From Bdellovibrionota bacterium (lineage in GTDB: Bacteria; Bdellovibrionota_B; Oligoflexia; Oligoflexales; JAWKNZ01), in assembly GCA_041391425.1 (NCBI GenBank), contig JAWKNZ010000002.1, positions 3,921 to 67,920 of the forward strand: a stretch of DNA of 64,000 nucleotides. Direction: 5' to 3'. Positions 1 to 8,855 of the stretch are shown in pieces (the stretch's first letter is position 1; each line of letters opens with the position of its first letter). The notes under the pieces were generated by a model. The model worked only from the letters and a program-made list of their open reading frames with translations. It had not been told where the DNA came from and searched no databases. The position numbers were made by a program, and so were the translations under genes.

Positions 1-1
1 A

Positions 2-2143
2 CTGAGTAATGACATAAATGGCTTTAACGCCATTGCTTCCATTTATCCATACTATGCATTCGTTATTGATGGGGCCACTGAAGGTGATGTAGGAACTAAT
101 CCAGCTAAATTGGAACTCGCTATATTCCATTTGCTGAAGGAGCCTCTTGCCGACTCTCAAAAATTTGCAGATCCGTGGCAAGTTCAGCAAATTATGTCCG
201 CCATTGACCATGATTTCTATAGCAGATTTAATCCGGCAAAAGACTTTGACCCTCAATCTCCACCAACACCTCTTGATCACATTGCTAAAAAAGCTCAAAT
301 GGATTTTGAGTTTATTAGGGGAAGCGCATACCCGTTTCAGACCGAAACCAAGATCAGAGAAACCATGGGAAAATTTGATGCTTATTACACGAGCAAATTG
401 GGAATTTCTGCGACCAAAGCCGTCGATATTGTAAATGCAGTTGTTGAAGTTTCTCAAGAGAAAGCAAATATTTTTTTGAAAAATGCAAGGTCTGAAGCAG
501 ACAAGTTTGTGGAAGAATGGAGAAACAAGCCTGTCGACTATCTAGCAGACAAAGATGCTGCGAGCGGGTTTGGAATGAGCCTAGCGTTTGCGATGCTTGG
601 ACCAGAAGAGCTTCCTGTTCAATTTTCCGATATTCAAGATAGAGTCGATATAAAGGAGGAAGAGTGGAAGTCTTTTATTGCGATGTTTGGTATTGGTGCA
701 AGTTACAATAAGGTTCCTCAGAACTTTCATGAAGTTAGAAAATATCCAGTTGTAGTCTTCCCATCAGATGGGATTTTGTTATGGGACATGTCTAATGCCC
801 TTGACCAGATTTTTGACAGATTTGAGTCTGAAGTAAAACAAGACCAGAGAATTTGGGAAAAGTATCAGAAGCACAGGGGCGAATGCCTTGAAGATCAAAT
901 ATTTCGGAAATTATCTGAAGTGTTTCCAACTGACGCTATTTATAGAACAGTCGACTACCCAGACCCAAACCAACCAAATGGGAGTGCTGAAGTAGACATT
1001 GTAGTCTATTGGGAGCCTTTCATCCTATTTTTCGAGGCAAAAGCTGGTTCGCTCCACTTCAAGTCTCAAATAGGAGATGTGAAAAGATTAAGAAATGATT
1101 TAAAAAAGAATTTAGAAGTAGCCTTTGACCAGGCAAAAAGGACTTCTGAATATTATGAATCTACAGACAAACCAACTTTTATTGAGCGAGCAACCAGACG
1201 ACAAGTTCCCATTCAAAAACCAAAAATTGTAAAGTCTTTCCTTTGTACCGTAACCCTTGAGAGGTTTGGGCAGATGGCAAGTAAACTTGCGGCACTTGCA
1301 CCGTTGGGATTATTTACTGAAAGTGAATATCCTTGGGCAGTTGTAATGTCTGATTTAGAAATTATCGCTGAGTTTGTAGAAAACCCAGATGTTCTACTAC
1401 ACTACATAGAGCGGAGACTTGAAGTTCAGAAGCACGACATACATTTTGAAGCTGATGAATTAGATTTTCTAGGTGCTTACCTAAAAAATAGACTTTCCCT
1501 GAAACAATTTTTAGAAAATCCAGAAGAAACTCCCAGCTTTGTATTGCTGAGCGGATTTAGTAGTGACATCGATGAGTATTATGGCGCCTTTGGCAGTGAG
1601 AAGGGGGAGCCACTTAGAATAGACCTTCCTGATGAAATAAAGAAGATTTTGGCAGAATTGAGAGATCGAAAAGATGACACCTCAGCAAGGCACCTGGCTT
1701 TCTTACTATTAGACCTGCCCTACGATCACTTACGTGCGATAGCTGATAGTTTCCGCGAGATGTGGCAGCAAGAACCAAAGCCAGGTCAGTTTCGAAGATG
1801 TACAGTAAACTATGAAGATGTCGCTATTTCTATTATGTCCGCAAGAAATTTGCCAAAAAAATTGATTTATGACAGAACAGTGTTTCGGGCACTTGCCGAA
1901 AAATATAGATTCAAAACGTCGAAAGGAATTTGTTTCGGCATTAACTTATCAGATCCCTCAAAATATTTTTTTTCCATGCATTATGCGGAGGGCGCATGGG
2001 AATTTGACCCTAAAATGGAAAGAGCTCTTGAAAATGAACCGCCTACTTCATATGACCGCAAGACTCTGCCCGGAAGAAACGACCCCTGCTTTTGTGGGAG
2101 TGGGAAAAAGTTCAAGAAATGCTGCAAAGACAAGATAACATAA
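2..2143 (+). CDS. Large protein, 5'-partial at window edge, with central NERD/PD-(D/E)xK nuclease-like core and C-terminal SEC-C metal-binding motif
   Basis: The frame stays open from nt 2, with no stop upstream of the track start at 110, so the gene continues beyond the window. HRGECLEDQIFRKL...AEVDIVVYWEPFILFFEAKAG (nt ~875-1045) fits the G-x-E ... D-x12-E-x-K nuclease signature. The C-terminal PCFCGSGKKFKKCC (nt ~2078-2120) is a classic SEC-C motif. Confidence 0.6.
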   Translation: MSNDINGFNAIASIYPYYAFVIDGATEGDVGTNPAKLELAIFHLLKEPLADSQKFADPWQVQQIMSAIDHDFYSRFNPAKDFDPQSPPTPLDHIAKKAQMDFEFIRGSAYPFQTETKIRETMGKFDAYYTSKLGISATKAVDIVNAVVEVSQEKANIFLKNARSEADKFVEEWRNKPVDYLADKDAASGFGMSLAFAMLGPEELPVQFSDIQDRVDIKEEEWKSFIAMFGIGASYNKVPQNFHEVRKYPVVVFPSDGILLWDMSNALDQIFDRFESEVKQDQRIWEKYQKHRGECLEDQIFRKLSEVFPTDAIYRTVDYPDPNQPNGSAEVDIVVYWEPFILFFEAKAGSLHFKSQIGDVKRLRNDLKKNLEVAFDQAKRTSEYYESTDKPTFIERATRRQVPIQKPKIVKSFLCTVTLERFGQMASKLAALAPLGLFTESEYPWAVVMSDLEIIAEFVENPDVLLHYIERRLEVQKHDIHFEADELDFLGAYLKNRLSLKQFLENPEETPSFVLLSGFSSDIDEYYGAFGSEKGEPLRIDLPDEIKKILAELRDRKDDTSARHLAFLLLDLPYDHLRAIADSFREMWQQEPKPGQFRRCTVNYEDVAISIMSARNLPKKLIYDRTVFRALAEKYRFKTSKGICFGINLSDPSKYFFSMHYAEGAWEFDPKMERALENEPPTSYDRKTLPGRNDPCFCGSGKKFKKCCKDKIT

Positions 2144-2275
2144 TTCACCGGTGACTTATGAAAAGTAAAAGGAAGAATTTGATTGACCTGAGGTAAAATT
2201 GGAGAGGCTATTGCTATTGAGTAATGAAAACAGTAGTTGTGACATATGTAAAATTTATGTCTGCATGGAGGAAGT

Positions 2276-3037
2276 TTGAAGAAGAGATCTAGGGTGCTTT
2301 CAGATTATAAAAAAGTCGGAAAGAAGTTCATACCGCCCTTCATACACATGTTAGGTCCGATGAAAAATGTCAGTTATCACCGTAGTGGCATTCCAGAAAT
2401 AATTTGGATGGGTCTTCTTAATGAGCGATTTGGAATTGCGAGAGGCGCTGAGATTGCCGCTAAATTTGCCGAAAATGCAAAAGAGCTGGATGCGGAGAAT
2501 AGATGGGCAGCGCCAATGACCGCAATCCATGATGCGTTTGTAAATCAAAGTAAGGAACTTATTTCAGGACTCGATAAGAAGGGGATATTGCAGGACTTGA
2601 GAGATGGACTTCATGATTTTACAGTTTGTTACCCTGAGAATCCTTTGAAGATAATTTTTGAAACTCAGCCAAGCACACTTAAAGATGAAAGGTATCTTTC
2701 TCAATACAAGGAAGTCTTCTCAAGTTTCTTCGAGAAAAGAGGGCGACCGGCAATAATGATGCAGGCAAATGCAATCTACATGGCGTTTATCCAAGACAAA
2801 CTAAAGGTTAACAAAGGGTTGGCATTAGCCGACTTTCCAGAGATAGAAAAATACCCAAATACAGAAAAATCCAAGCAAGTGGGAGCCTCTATTTGTGCGG
2901 CATTGAATATGATGTTTGCTCATCAGGTAGGCACGACTCATGAAGGTTGGAAAAGTTATTTTTGGAATCAAGGATTTATTTTGGAACCTCTTCAGATTCA
3001 GAAAGTATGGGAGGACTATGAAGAAAACTTTCAGTGA
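2276..3037 (+). CDS. Hypothetical protein, second gene of the nuclease/SEC-C operon
   Basis: 253-aa ORF with a TTG start 5 nt after a GGAGGA Shine-Dalgarno (nt ~2266-2271). Same strand as its neighbours. I recognise no motif. Confidence 0.55.
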   Translation: MKKRSRVLSDYKKVGKKFIPPFIHMLGPMKNVSYHRSGIPEIIWMGLLNERFGIARGAEIAAKFAENAKELDAENRWAAPMTAIHDAFVNQSKELISGLDKKGILQDLRDGLHDFTVCYPENPLKIIFETQPSTLKDERYLSQYKEVFSSFFEKRGRPAIMMQANAIYMAFIQDKLKVNKGLALADFPEIEKYPNTEKSKQVGASICAALNMMFAHQVGTTHEGWKSYFWNQGFILEPLQIQKVWEDYEENFQ

Positions 3038-3845
3038 AGAGCTCATGGAGATTATACAGGAATATCAGGTCAATCTAAGAGATGAACTGGAAAGCCGATT
3101 TGGAGTTTGGCCAATTGATGTAAATAATCAGCGTGTTCACGAAGTGATTGGTGCTCTACTAGCTAGGCAAGTAACACTTGCAGATCAATTAGCGAATTCA
3201 CCATCGATTTGGAATAATCATGCAGCTCCTCTGTTTCATAGAGCTATTGCAGATGTTTATATTTCGCTAGCTTGGATAAGTAAATCGCCGGAGGAAAGAA
3301 GTCAAAAATTTATAGAATATGGACTTGGCCAGGTTTTGTTACAAACTGAACATCGAAAAGCACAAATGAAAAAAGATGGCATTGATAGTGAGAACGACCC
3401 AATCATAGAGGCAAATTTGCATTGGGTTGATACTTTTAAGTTTAGAGATTTAGTTGAGGTTAATGTAGGTGCATGGTCGGGATTGAATACCAGAGAAATG
3501 GCGGAACAAGCTGAGTGCATTGATTTTTATAATTATGTTTACACACCTTTTAGTGGATGTGTTCATAGCACTTGGCATCAGGTTTCAAGATTAAATACAA
3601 TAATAGACCCAAATCCACTTCATAACTATTTGATGCTACCCTATGTTAGAGATTTAGCGCCAGACATTGATGATTTTTTATTGGCGGCAAAGTATGTAAA
3701 AAAATCTTTTCGCCTTTTCACTGACACGTTTTTATCAAATGTGGATCTACCCTGTTCTTATGACAGAGTTTACCAGGAGATTAGTGATTTAGGCTTAAAG
3801 TGGGAAGAACAGGCAGAGTCAATGTCAGAAGCAACCGAGGAGTAG
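3018..3845 (+). CDS. Hypothetical helical protein, possibly DUF5677-like, third gene of the operon
   Basis: The track ORF starts at 2940, but ATG 3018 (MKKTFSEE) follows a GGGAGG SD and overlaps the upstream stop by 20 nt. The pattern RAIADVYISLAWI ... WSGLNTREMAEQA ... YNYVYTPFSGCVHSTW recalls DUF5677-type proteins from memory only. Confidence 0.5.
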   Translation: MKKTFSEELMEIIQEYQVNLRDELESRFGVWPIDVNNQRVHEVIGALLARQVTLADQLANSPSIWNNHAAPLFHRAIADVYISLAWISKSPEERSQKFIEYGLGQVLLQTEHRKAQMKKDGIDSENDPIIEANLHWVDTFKFRDLVEVNVGAWSGLNTREMAEQAECIDFYNYVYTPFSGCVHSTWHQVSRLNTIIDPNPLHNYLMLPYVRDLAPDIDDFLLAAKYVKKSFRLFTDTFLSNVDLPCSYDRVYQEISDLGLKWEEQAESMSEATEE

Positions 3846-4047
3846 GTAAAAGGGTACCCCAAAACACATAAACTGACCAATAAAAGAATATGCAAAACAT
3901 GCACTCAAACATGCAAAAACATACAAATGCATGTTGATTTCAAAAAGTTGACCTTGAGACAGGTTGCACATTCACACCCTACCCTTTAGGATGTATGGCA
4001 CTTTTATCCATCATAGGAACTAGGTCGAACTTTATCACCTATTTATC

Positions 4048-4440
4048 TTAACTAAAAAACTCACCAATAATTTGAGTATGAAGTGGAAAGGCTAATTCGT
4101 CTCCCTTTTCTATAAGGGTCAGTACTTCAGTTTCGTCATTCGTAAATGCAAAGTCCAAGTCAAACTTAGATATTTCTGGAGCTATTCCAAAAATAAGAAT
4201 GTGATTTGATTCTACTGCACTTTCCACAGAGAATAGATTTATCTCCATTGGTATGAGTTTAAACCCGGTCTCTTCAAATAGCTCACGTACGCATGCTTCT
4301 TGCCATGTCTCGCCTGAGTTTATATATCCACCAGGAAGAGCTATAAATCCTTTCTTAGGCTCGATACCTCTTTTTACTCCCAGAAGTTTACCTTCAATGG
4401 GTAACAGACATACAGAAACAGGTGTTGGGTTGTTATACAT
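4048..4440 (-). CDS. NUDIX hydrolase
   Basis: Canonical Nudix box GGYINSGETWQEACVRELFEETGF (G-x5-E-x7-REUxEExGU). Confidence 0.85.
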   Translation of the reverse strand: MYNNPTPVSVCLLPIEGKLLGVKRGIEPKKGFIALPGGYINSGETWQEACVRELFEETGFKLIPMEINLFSVESAVESNHILIFGIAPEISKFDLDFAFTNDETEVLTLIEKGDELAFPLHTQIIGEFFS

Positions 4441-4547
4441 AAAAATTTATTTCTTAATCAACAAGTTATGGTTACGTTCAACATATATATTTTAAAAATG
4501 TAGCAGTGCTATTAAAAAGTCAATAACGACAGTATTAATATCATAAC

Positions 4548-4742
4548 TCAAAATGGCAATGCATCACCAGTCAGTTTATTCAAAAAAACCTCAGATGAAG
4601 ATAATCCCTTATCAATTCTTTTAATTGCCGCAACCTCTAGTTGAAATAAAGCTTTTCTCCCAAGCTCAATAGAGCCATAAGAAATTACCAGTGCTAATAT
4701 TAGTTTGACGATAGTATTCATATTCATCTCCTTTGTTGACAT
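4548..4742 (-). CDS. Small predicted membrane protein
   Basis: An AAGGAG SD precedes the internal ATG (MNMNTIVKLILALVISYGS...), followed by one hydrophobic helix. It overlaps the end of the upstream gene. Confidence 0.35.
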   Translation of the reverse strand: MSTKEMNMNTIVKLILALVISYGSIELGRKALFQLEVAAIKRIDKGLSSSEVFLNKLTGDALPF

Positions 4743-5233
4743 TTTTCCTTATAAGCATCTTCTCGTTCCAAAATTCTTCTTACAGTGGAGTGGTCCCATT
4801 TTTTTCCCTGTTTCTTTGTTGGGATCTTCATCTGAGTGAGAATCTTAGCAATGACTGTGGTTGTTAATTCCTGCTCGAAATACATTTCAGTAATTGCATT
4901 TTTAATGCTCAACTCTTTTTTATGCTCCTTCAATTTTCCAGAAAGAAGACGTTGTCCATATTTTAAATTTTCTTTATGGCGAACTTCTTGGACCTCAGTT
5001 TTGCGGATTCCGAATTGCTTCAGATATTTTTTTAGGCTTGTTTCTCCACACCCGAGGAGGACACTCATTTGTTTAATAGTAAGCCCTTCTTCAAGGTATT
5101 TCTTGCGGAGAACAATTGGATTTTTGAAAGCAGGAAGTTCTAAAAATATTGTATTTTCAATAGCATAAGGGAAGGAGAACAATAGTTGGCCTTTTGTAAG
5201 CGAAGGGCGACCAAATTCCACCAATAAAATCAA
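4724..5233 (-). CDS. HTH protein with serine-recombinase 'recombinase-domain'-like segment but no catalytic domain
   Basis: LTIKQMSVLLGCGETSLKKYLKQFGI is HTH-like. KYGQRLLSGKLKEHKKELSIKNAI...IAKILTQMKIPTKKQGKKWDHSTVRRILERE matches the PxGY...W...V..IL pattern of large serine recombinases. No resolvase N-terminal domain is present. Confidence 0.4.
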   Translation of the reverse strand: MILLVEFGRPSLTKGQLLFSFPYAIENTIFLELPAFKNPIVLRKKYLEEGLTIKQMSVLLGCGETSLKKYLKQFGIRKTEVQEVRHKENLKYGQRLLSGKLKEHKKELSIKNAITEMYFEQELTTTVIAKILTQMKIPTKKQGKKWDHSTVRRILEREDAYKEKCQQRR

Positions 5234-5425
5234 TACCTTGTATAAATTGTTCGGACTGGGTTTCAGAAATCAATTCGCCGGGTTGGATGAGTTTACGTAA
5301 GTTACCTCTACAAATGTTCGAACTGAATATTCGAACCAAGAAACTTTTTAGAAATCAATCGGCTGAAGGCAAAGTTGCACTCGAAACAAGGTCATCCTGC
5401 GTAACTGGATATTAGTACCAAGGAG

Positions 5426-5644
5426 TTATTTCTTGTCCGCATCATCGTCTTCTTTATCAACACCTGGTCGCACTTGCCCTGGCAGAATGTTTCGTGCTTG
5501 CTTTCGCTCCATGAGGCGTAGCTGGTAAAAGTGATTGACCAGCGCGTCCCATTCCTCTTTTGTGTCAATGACGACAGTGCGACCGTCGGGGAAATCCGTG
5601 AAAATTTTGTAGGGTTTCTTTTCCTTCTCATTGCTCATATTCAA
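5426..5644 (-). CDS. Small acidic hypothetical protein
   Basis: 72-aa ORF placed 8 nt after the VOC-like gene, with an AGGAAGGTG SD. The overlapping ORF 5392..5631 is judged spurious. Confidence 0.5.
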   Translation of the reverse strand: MNMSNEKEKKPYKIFTDFPDGRTVVIDTKEEWDALVNHFYQLRLMERKQARNILPGQVRPGVDKEDDDADKK

Positions 5645-5652
5645 ACACCTTC

Positions 5653-6414
5653 CTAATGCACAACAGAAACTGTTACGTCCTCAAGGGAAAACTGCTTTCC
5701 TATATAATCTGGGTTTTCAGACTTCGCAAACAAATCTATGTGAGGAACAACCCCTTTCTTGAAAATCATTTGCCCAGGCTTCAAGGACACATTTACTGCT
5801 TCAGCTCTAACCTCTGCGTGAGGGAAAACCGAACTAATAAAGTTCTTGCATTGCTCAAAATTAGGGATTTCCAACCTACAGTCAAAAACACCTTTAAAAC
5901 CATTTTCTTTTGCATTTGGTTGCATCTTGGAGATCCATTTTTCAACCACCCCTTCTTCGTACTGTATGAAACTGATCTCTATATTTGTTCCAGGCAACCT
6001 GGGAAGATGGAGAGTCGTCCAAGGCATCGTCTTCTTAAACAAACCAAATATTTTAAATGAAACTTTGTCTTCATTAGCAATGATTCCTTGTCCCTTGAGT
6101 CTCTTCTTGATTCCGTCAAGATCATCTGTACCTAGGAAGATGCAAAATGTGCCACGTTCACCTTTGTTGTACAGATCGACCCAATCCTCCCTCCAGCCAC
6201 CACCGTCTGGTCGTTTTAGCCAGGGAATCTCAAAGTATTGGTTCCCGATCCAGATATTCGCCGCACGAAAACCAGAAGTACCTTTTCCCTTTGATGGATC
6301 AAAAGGAATTCCTGCCTCAGCAGAAGCAATTGCGACTTGTTTGAGTTTGTCTGGGTTATTTTCGACATGTACTACGAAATGATCTAACTGCATATGATTC
6401 TCCTTTATCATCAC
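5653..6414 (-). CDS. Glyoxalase-like (VOC superfamily) domain protein
   Basis: N-terminal LDHFVVHV ... GKGTSGFRAANIWIGNQYFEIPWL resembles the glyoxalase-like domain pattern (lDH..l.v ... GT.N.l..f...YLEl). It overlaps the upstream TetR gene by 4 nt. Confidence 0.65.
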   Translation of the reverse strand: MMIKENHMQLDHFVVHVENNPDKLKQVAIASAEAGIPFDPSKGKGTSGFRAANIWIGNQYFEIPWLKRPDGGGWREDWVDLYNKGERGTFCIFLGTDDLDGIKKRLKGQGIIANEDKVSFKIFGLFKKTMPWTTLHLPRLPGTNIEISFIQYEEGVVEKWISKMQPNAKENGFKGVFDCRLEIPNFEQCKNFISSVFPHAEVRAEAVNVSLKPGQMIFKKGVVPHIDLFAKSENPDYIGKQFSLEDVTVSVVH

Positions 6415-7040
6415 TCATCAATTAGCGAATCCAATAGTGCCTTTACCATCAAACTGGACTCATGTTTCAAATCGACTGCGGTTCGATCTACCAACCAGAG
6501 ATTAGTCAATCCACTCTGAAAGCTAACTATGACTGTTGCTAGTTGATTTGCCGTTAAAGATGGGGGCATTTTAGTAGATTTAAGCAGGGATTGAATTAGA
6601 TTGGTATATAGGTCGATCAACATCCGAGTCGAACTAATTTTTTGCTCCATCCCGCCCATAAGTTCATCTGATAATTCTGTTTTATAAACTAGTATGTATT
6701 GAAGATCGGCAAACTCGGGATCGCTTTCCAATGCTTCAAAATATGCGTTGATGATTGACTCGAGCTTTGTCCTTGCGCCAACGTCAGATTCGAGTATTGC
6801 GTATGAATTAGATAGGCGCCCATAACGATCTTCGCAGAGAGCATTAAGCACCGCTGGCTTGCCATTCTTAAAGTGATGATAGATCGCCCCACGAGTTACA
6901 CCGGCTTCAGCTGCTATCTCTTCAAGAGTCGCCGAAGAGTAACCCTTTGATGAAAAGACCTTCTGGGCCGCAGAAAGCAATTCCATTCTTGTCCTGTTAG
7001 TTTCTTTTTTGGACTTTCGCATCCTCCCTCCTATTGACAT
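6411..7040 (-). CDS. TetR/AcrR family transcriptional regulator
   Basis: TetR HTH signature RMELLSAAQKVFSSKGYSSATLEEIAAEAGVTRGAIYHHF. First gene of a tetR-VOC-small ORF operon. Confidence 0.9.
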   Translation of the reverse strand: MSIGGRMRKSKKETNRTRMELLSAAQKVFSSKGYSSATLEEIAAEAGVTRGAIYHHFKNGKPAVLNALCEDRYGRLSNSYAILESDVGARTKLESIINAYFEALESDPEFADLQYILVYKTELSDELMGGMEQKISSTRMLIDLYTNLIQSLLKSTKMPPSLTANQLATVIVSFQSGLTNLWLVDRTAVDLKHESSLMVKALLDSLIDE

Positions 7041-7166
7041 ACATACATGAATGTATATTGCGAGTCAACAAAAGACATTCGATGTCACTATAATGACCTG
7101 ATTTTCTTGTGCTATTGCGGACTCGCGGGGTTTTGTATCAATGCCTCAAGTATAGACAAATAGAAG

Positions 7167-7213
7167 CCGATAATATATGTATATTGTCGGTATTAAAGGT
7201 GCAGGTTGCCGAC
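7167..7213. promoter_or_regulatory. Candidate operator: three CCGA(T/C)AATA half-sites upstream of and overlapping the DUF4160 gene start
   Basis: Palindrome ccgataatata-tg-tatattgtcgg (7167-7190; 11-nt arms, 1 mismatch) plus a third half-site ccgacaatac at 7204-7213 across the TTG start. Confidence 0.4.
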
Positions 7214-7448
7214 AATACTCAGAGTCAAGAATCTCAGATTCTTCTTTTATTCAAGTGAGCATGACCCACCCCATGTTCATGTATCCATAGGACAAAGCAC
7301 TGTGTATCCACATGCAAAGATAGAGCTGCGAAACCTTGAAGTGATATCTGTTCGAGGTTTCACTAAATCTGACATCAAGAAGATATTGCATGTGACCTCG
7401 ATATATCGAGAACACATGCTTGAAACTTGGGAGGATTATTTTGCCTAA
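7206..7448 (+). CDS. DUF4160 domain protein
   Basis: N-terminus MPTILRVKNLRFFFYSSEHDPPHVHV matches the DUF4160 hallmark (f.fy..dH.PPHvHv). Confidence 0.7.
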   Translation: MPTILRVKNLRFFFYSSEHDPPHVHVSIGQSTVYPHAKIELRNLEVISVRGFTKSDIKKILHVTSIYREHMLETWEDYFA

Positions 7449-7719
7449 GAAGAACGAGCTCCACTACGGAAAGAAGGATTTTATTGAAGGGGACCTCTCA
7501 CCCCAAAGTGCCAAGGTAAAAGTTACAATCTACCTTGATGGCGACTTGTTGTTAGAAGTCCGTCGCAAGGCAAAAAAGTTAGGAAAGAAATATCAAACAC
7601 TGATCAACGAGTCTCTCCGGGAAAAGTTCTTAGGAGACAAGGCATCAGTTAATCCCGAAGATTTTAAGGAACTGTCAGAAAGAGTCGCTTTGCTGGAGAA
7701 GGCCGTTTCATCAGATTAG
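7420..7719 (+). CDS. BrnA-like (CopG/RHH-type) antitoxin-family protein
   Basis: VTIYLDGDLLLEVRRKAKKLGKKYQTLINESLREKF matches the BrnA motif (..l..fk..a...g.gYQTlIN..Lr). The likelier start is TTG 7441 after a GGGAGG SD, overlapping the upstream stop. Confidence 0.6.
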   Translation: MKLGRIILPKKNELHYGKKDFIEGDLSPQSAKVKVTIYLDGDLLLEVRRKAKKLGKKYQTLINESLREKFLGDKASVNPEDFKELSERVALLEKAVSSD

Positions 7720-7750
7720 CATTCGTGTTTGGGTGGGACCCAGAATGGAC

Positions 7751-8805
7751 TGTCCTAGCAAATTAAGCGGCCAACGAAAATTCTGTTATCAAACCACCAA
7801 CTCTAGTGGTCTTCTTGTATGAAAGATTAGGGTACAGGGAAGTACTGTTGCATTTTTTTGAATTTGTGTCACATGGATTTTGACCATCTAGAGCTTGATG
7901 TGGACGACTAGCATTGTAATAAGACTGATATTCAAGACATAGTTTTTGGGCTTGGCTAAAATCAGTTATGTCGATCCGGTTAAGAATTTCGGTCTTTATG
8001 GTCAAATGAAACCTTTCACAACGACCATTTTTCCACGGCTCTTTAATCGAAATACGGGGGACATCGATATCAAATAAGCCTTTAAGTGCTTGGTCAAGCC
8101 AATTGCCATAGATCCCATCATTATCAGCAATCAAGCCTGTTGGAAGTTGATACCCAGACATACTAGCGTTACAAAATTGTTGAATAATCCAATTCTTGTT
8201 AGGATTTAGAGTTGCATTGATTGCCACAAGCTCTCGAGTAAAAGTATTCAACAGGACAAGTATAAAGAGCTGATTGCCCTTTGTGTCAAATACATTGTGA
8301 AAATCCATGGCCCATATGTGCTTATGATGATTGAAAAATGCCTCCCAAGAGCTTGGAGTCATTCTTGTTTTAGGCGGAGTAAAACCATTACGCTTTAAAA
8401 TTGTGGCAACGGTTGTTTTGCTTACTTTAATTCCAAGCAGCAGTAATTCTTGAGAAATTCTAAGTGCACCCCAACCCTGATTACAGCGCTTCATATCTAA
8501 GATCAAACTTTCTACTTCATCTGAGACTGGCGGTCTTCCTCTGGCCTTTTGGTACCCAGACTAATTTGATTCTACGAGAAAGCCTTCTGATAGCACCCAC
8601 AATTAACATTAACGGATATGTGCTTAAGTAATAATTACGGAGATCTGTAAACAGCTCTTTAGCTGTCTTCCAAACCATTCTAACCACCCATTTTAGCCTC
8701 GAATAGCAGCTCATCGGGGCGCATTATAACACAAACGCAACCTACTCTTAAATCCATGGTAATATTAGATAGTTACCAATACTAACTGATTACTTTTGCA
8801 GGACA
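7751..8805 (-). mobile_element. Insertion sequence (~1.06 kb) with rve/DDE integrase-core transposase, IS481/IS3-superfamily-like
   Basis: Terminal inverted repeats TGTCCT(A)GCAAA sit at 7751 inward and, as reverse complement, at 8805 inward. The transposase fills the interior. A second copy of the right terminus lies at 41148-41218. Confidence 0.6.
7763..8714 (-). pseudogene. rve-family transposase split into two frames by a 1-nt frameshift
   Basis: The downstream frame (8506-7763) has an integrase core (WAMDF..., ADNDGIY..., CERFH..., YNASRPHQAL). The upstream frame (8714-8517) ends ...IKLVWVPKGQR. Removing one A from the AAAA run (plus-strand TTTT 8547-8550) restores ...VPKARGRPPVSDEVESLILDMKRCNQGWGALRI, the expected GRPP...WG..RI N-terminal region. 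Confidence 0.65.
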
Positions 8806-8855
8806 CGGATATCGAACACAAAACTCAGGTAGCATCATCCACATTCTTAAGTATT

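Noticed and set aside
147-2138. Short alternative-frame ORFs inside gene 1 (147..434, 1869..2138) and antisense ORFs in genes 2-3 (2351..2548, 2825..3046, 3302..3520)
   Set aside because: They are nested within longer ORFs that carry clear motifs or SD-supported starts. No independent support.
7043-7056. Palindrome atacat-ga-atgtat just upstream of the TetR start codon, as a possible tet operator
   Set aside because: The arms are only 6 nt and all A/T-rich, so the site is easily expected by chance in this composition. It is not reported as a feature.
8517-8560. IS3-style programmed -1 ribosomal frameshift at CCAAAAGG in the transposase
   Set aside because: A -1 slip enters the third frame, which terminates after 11 codons. 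The integrase-core frame is reached only by a +1 shift or by deleting one A. I therefore scored it as a frameshift mutation.
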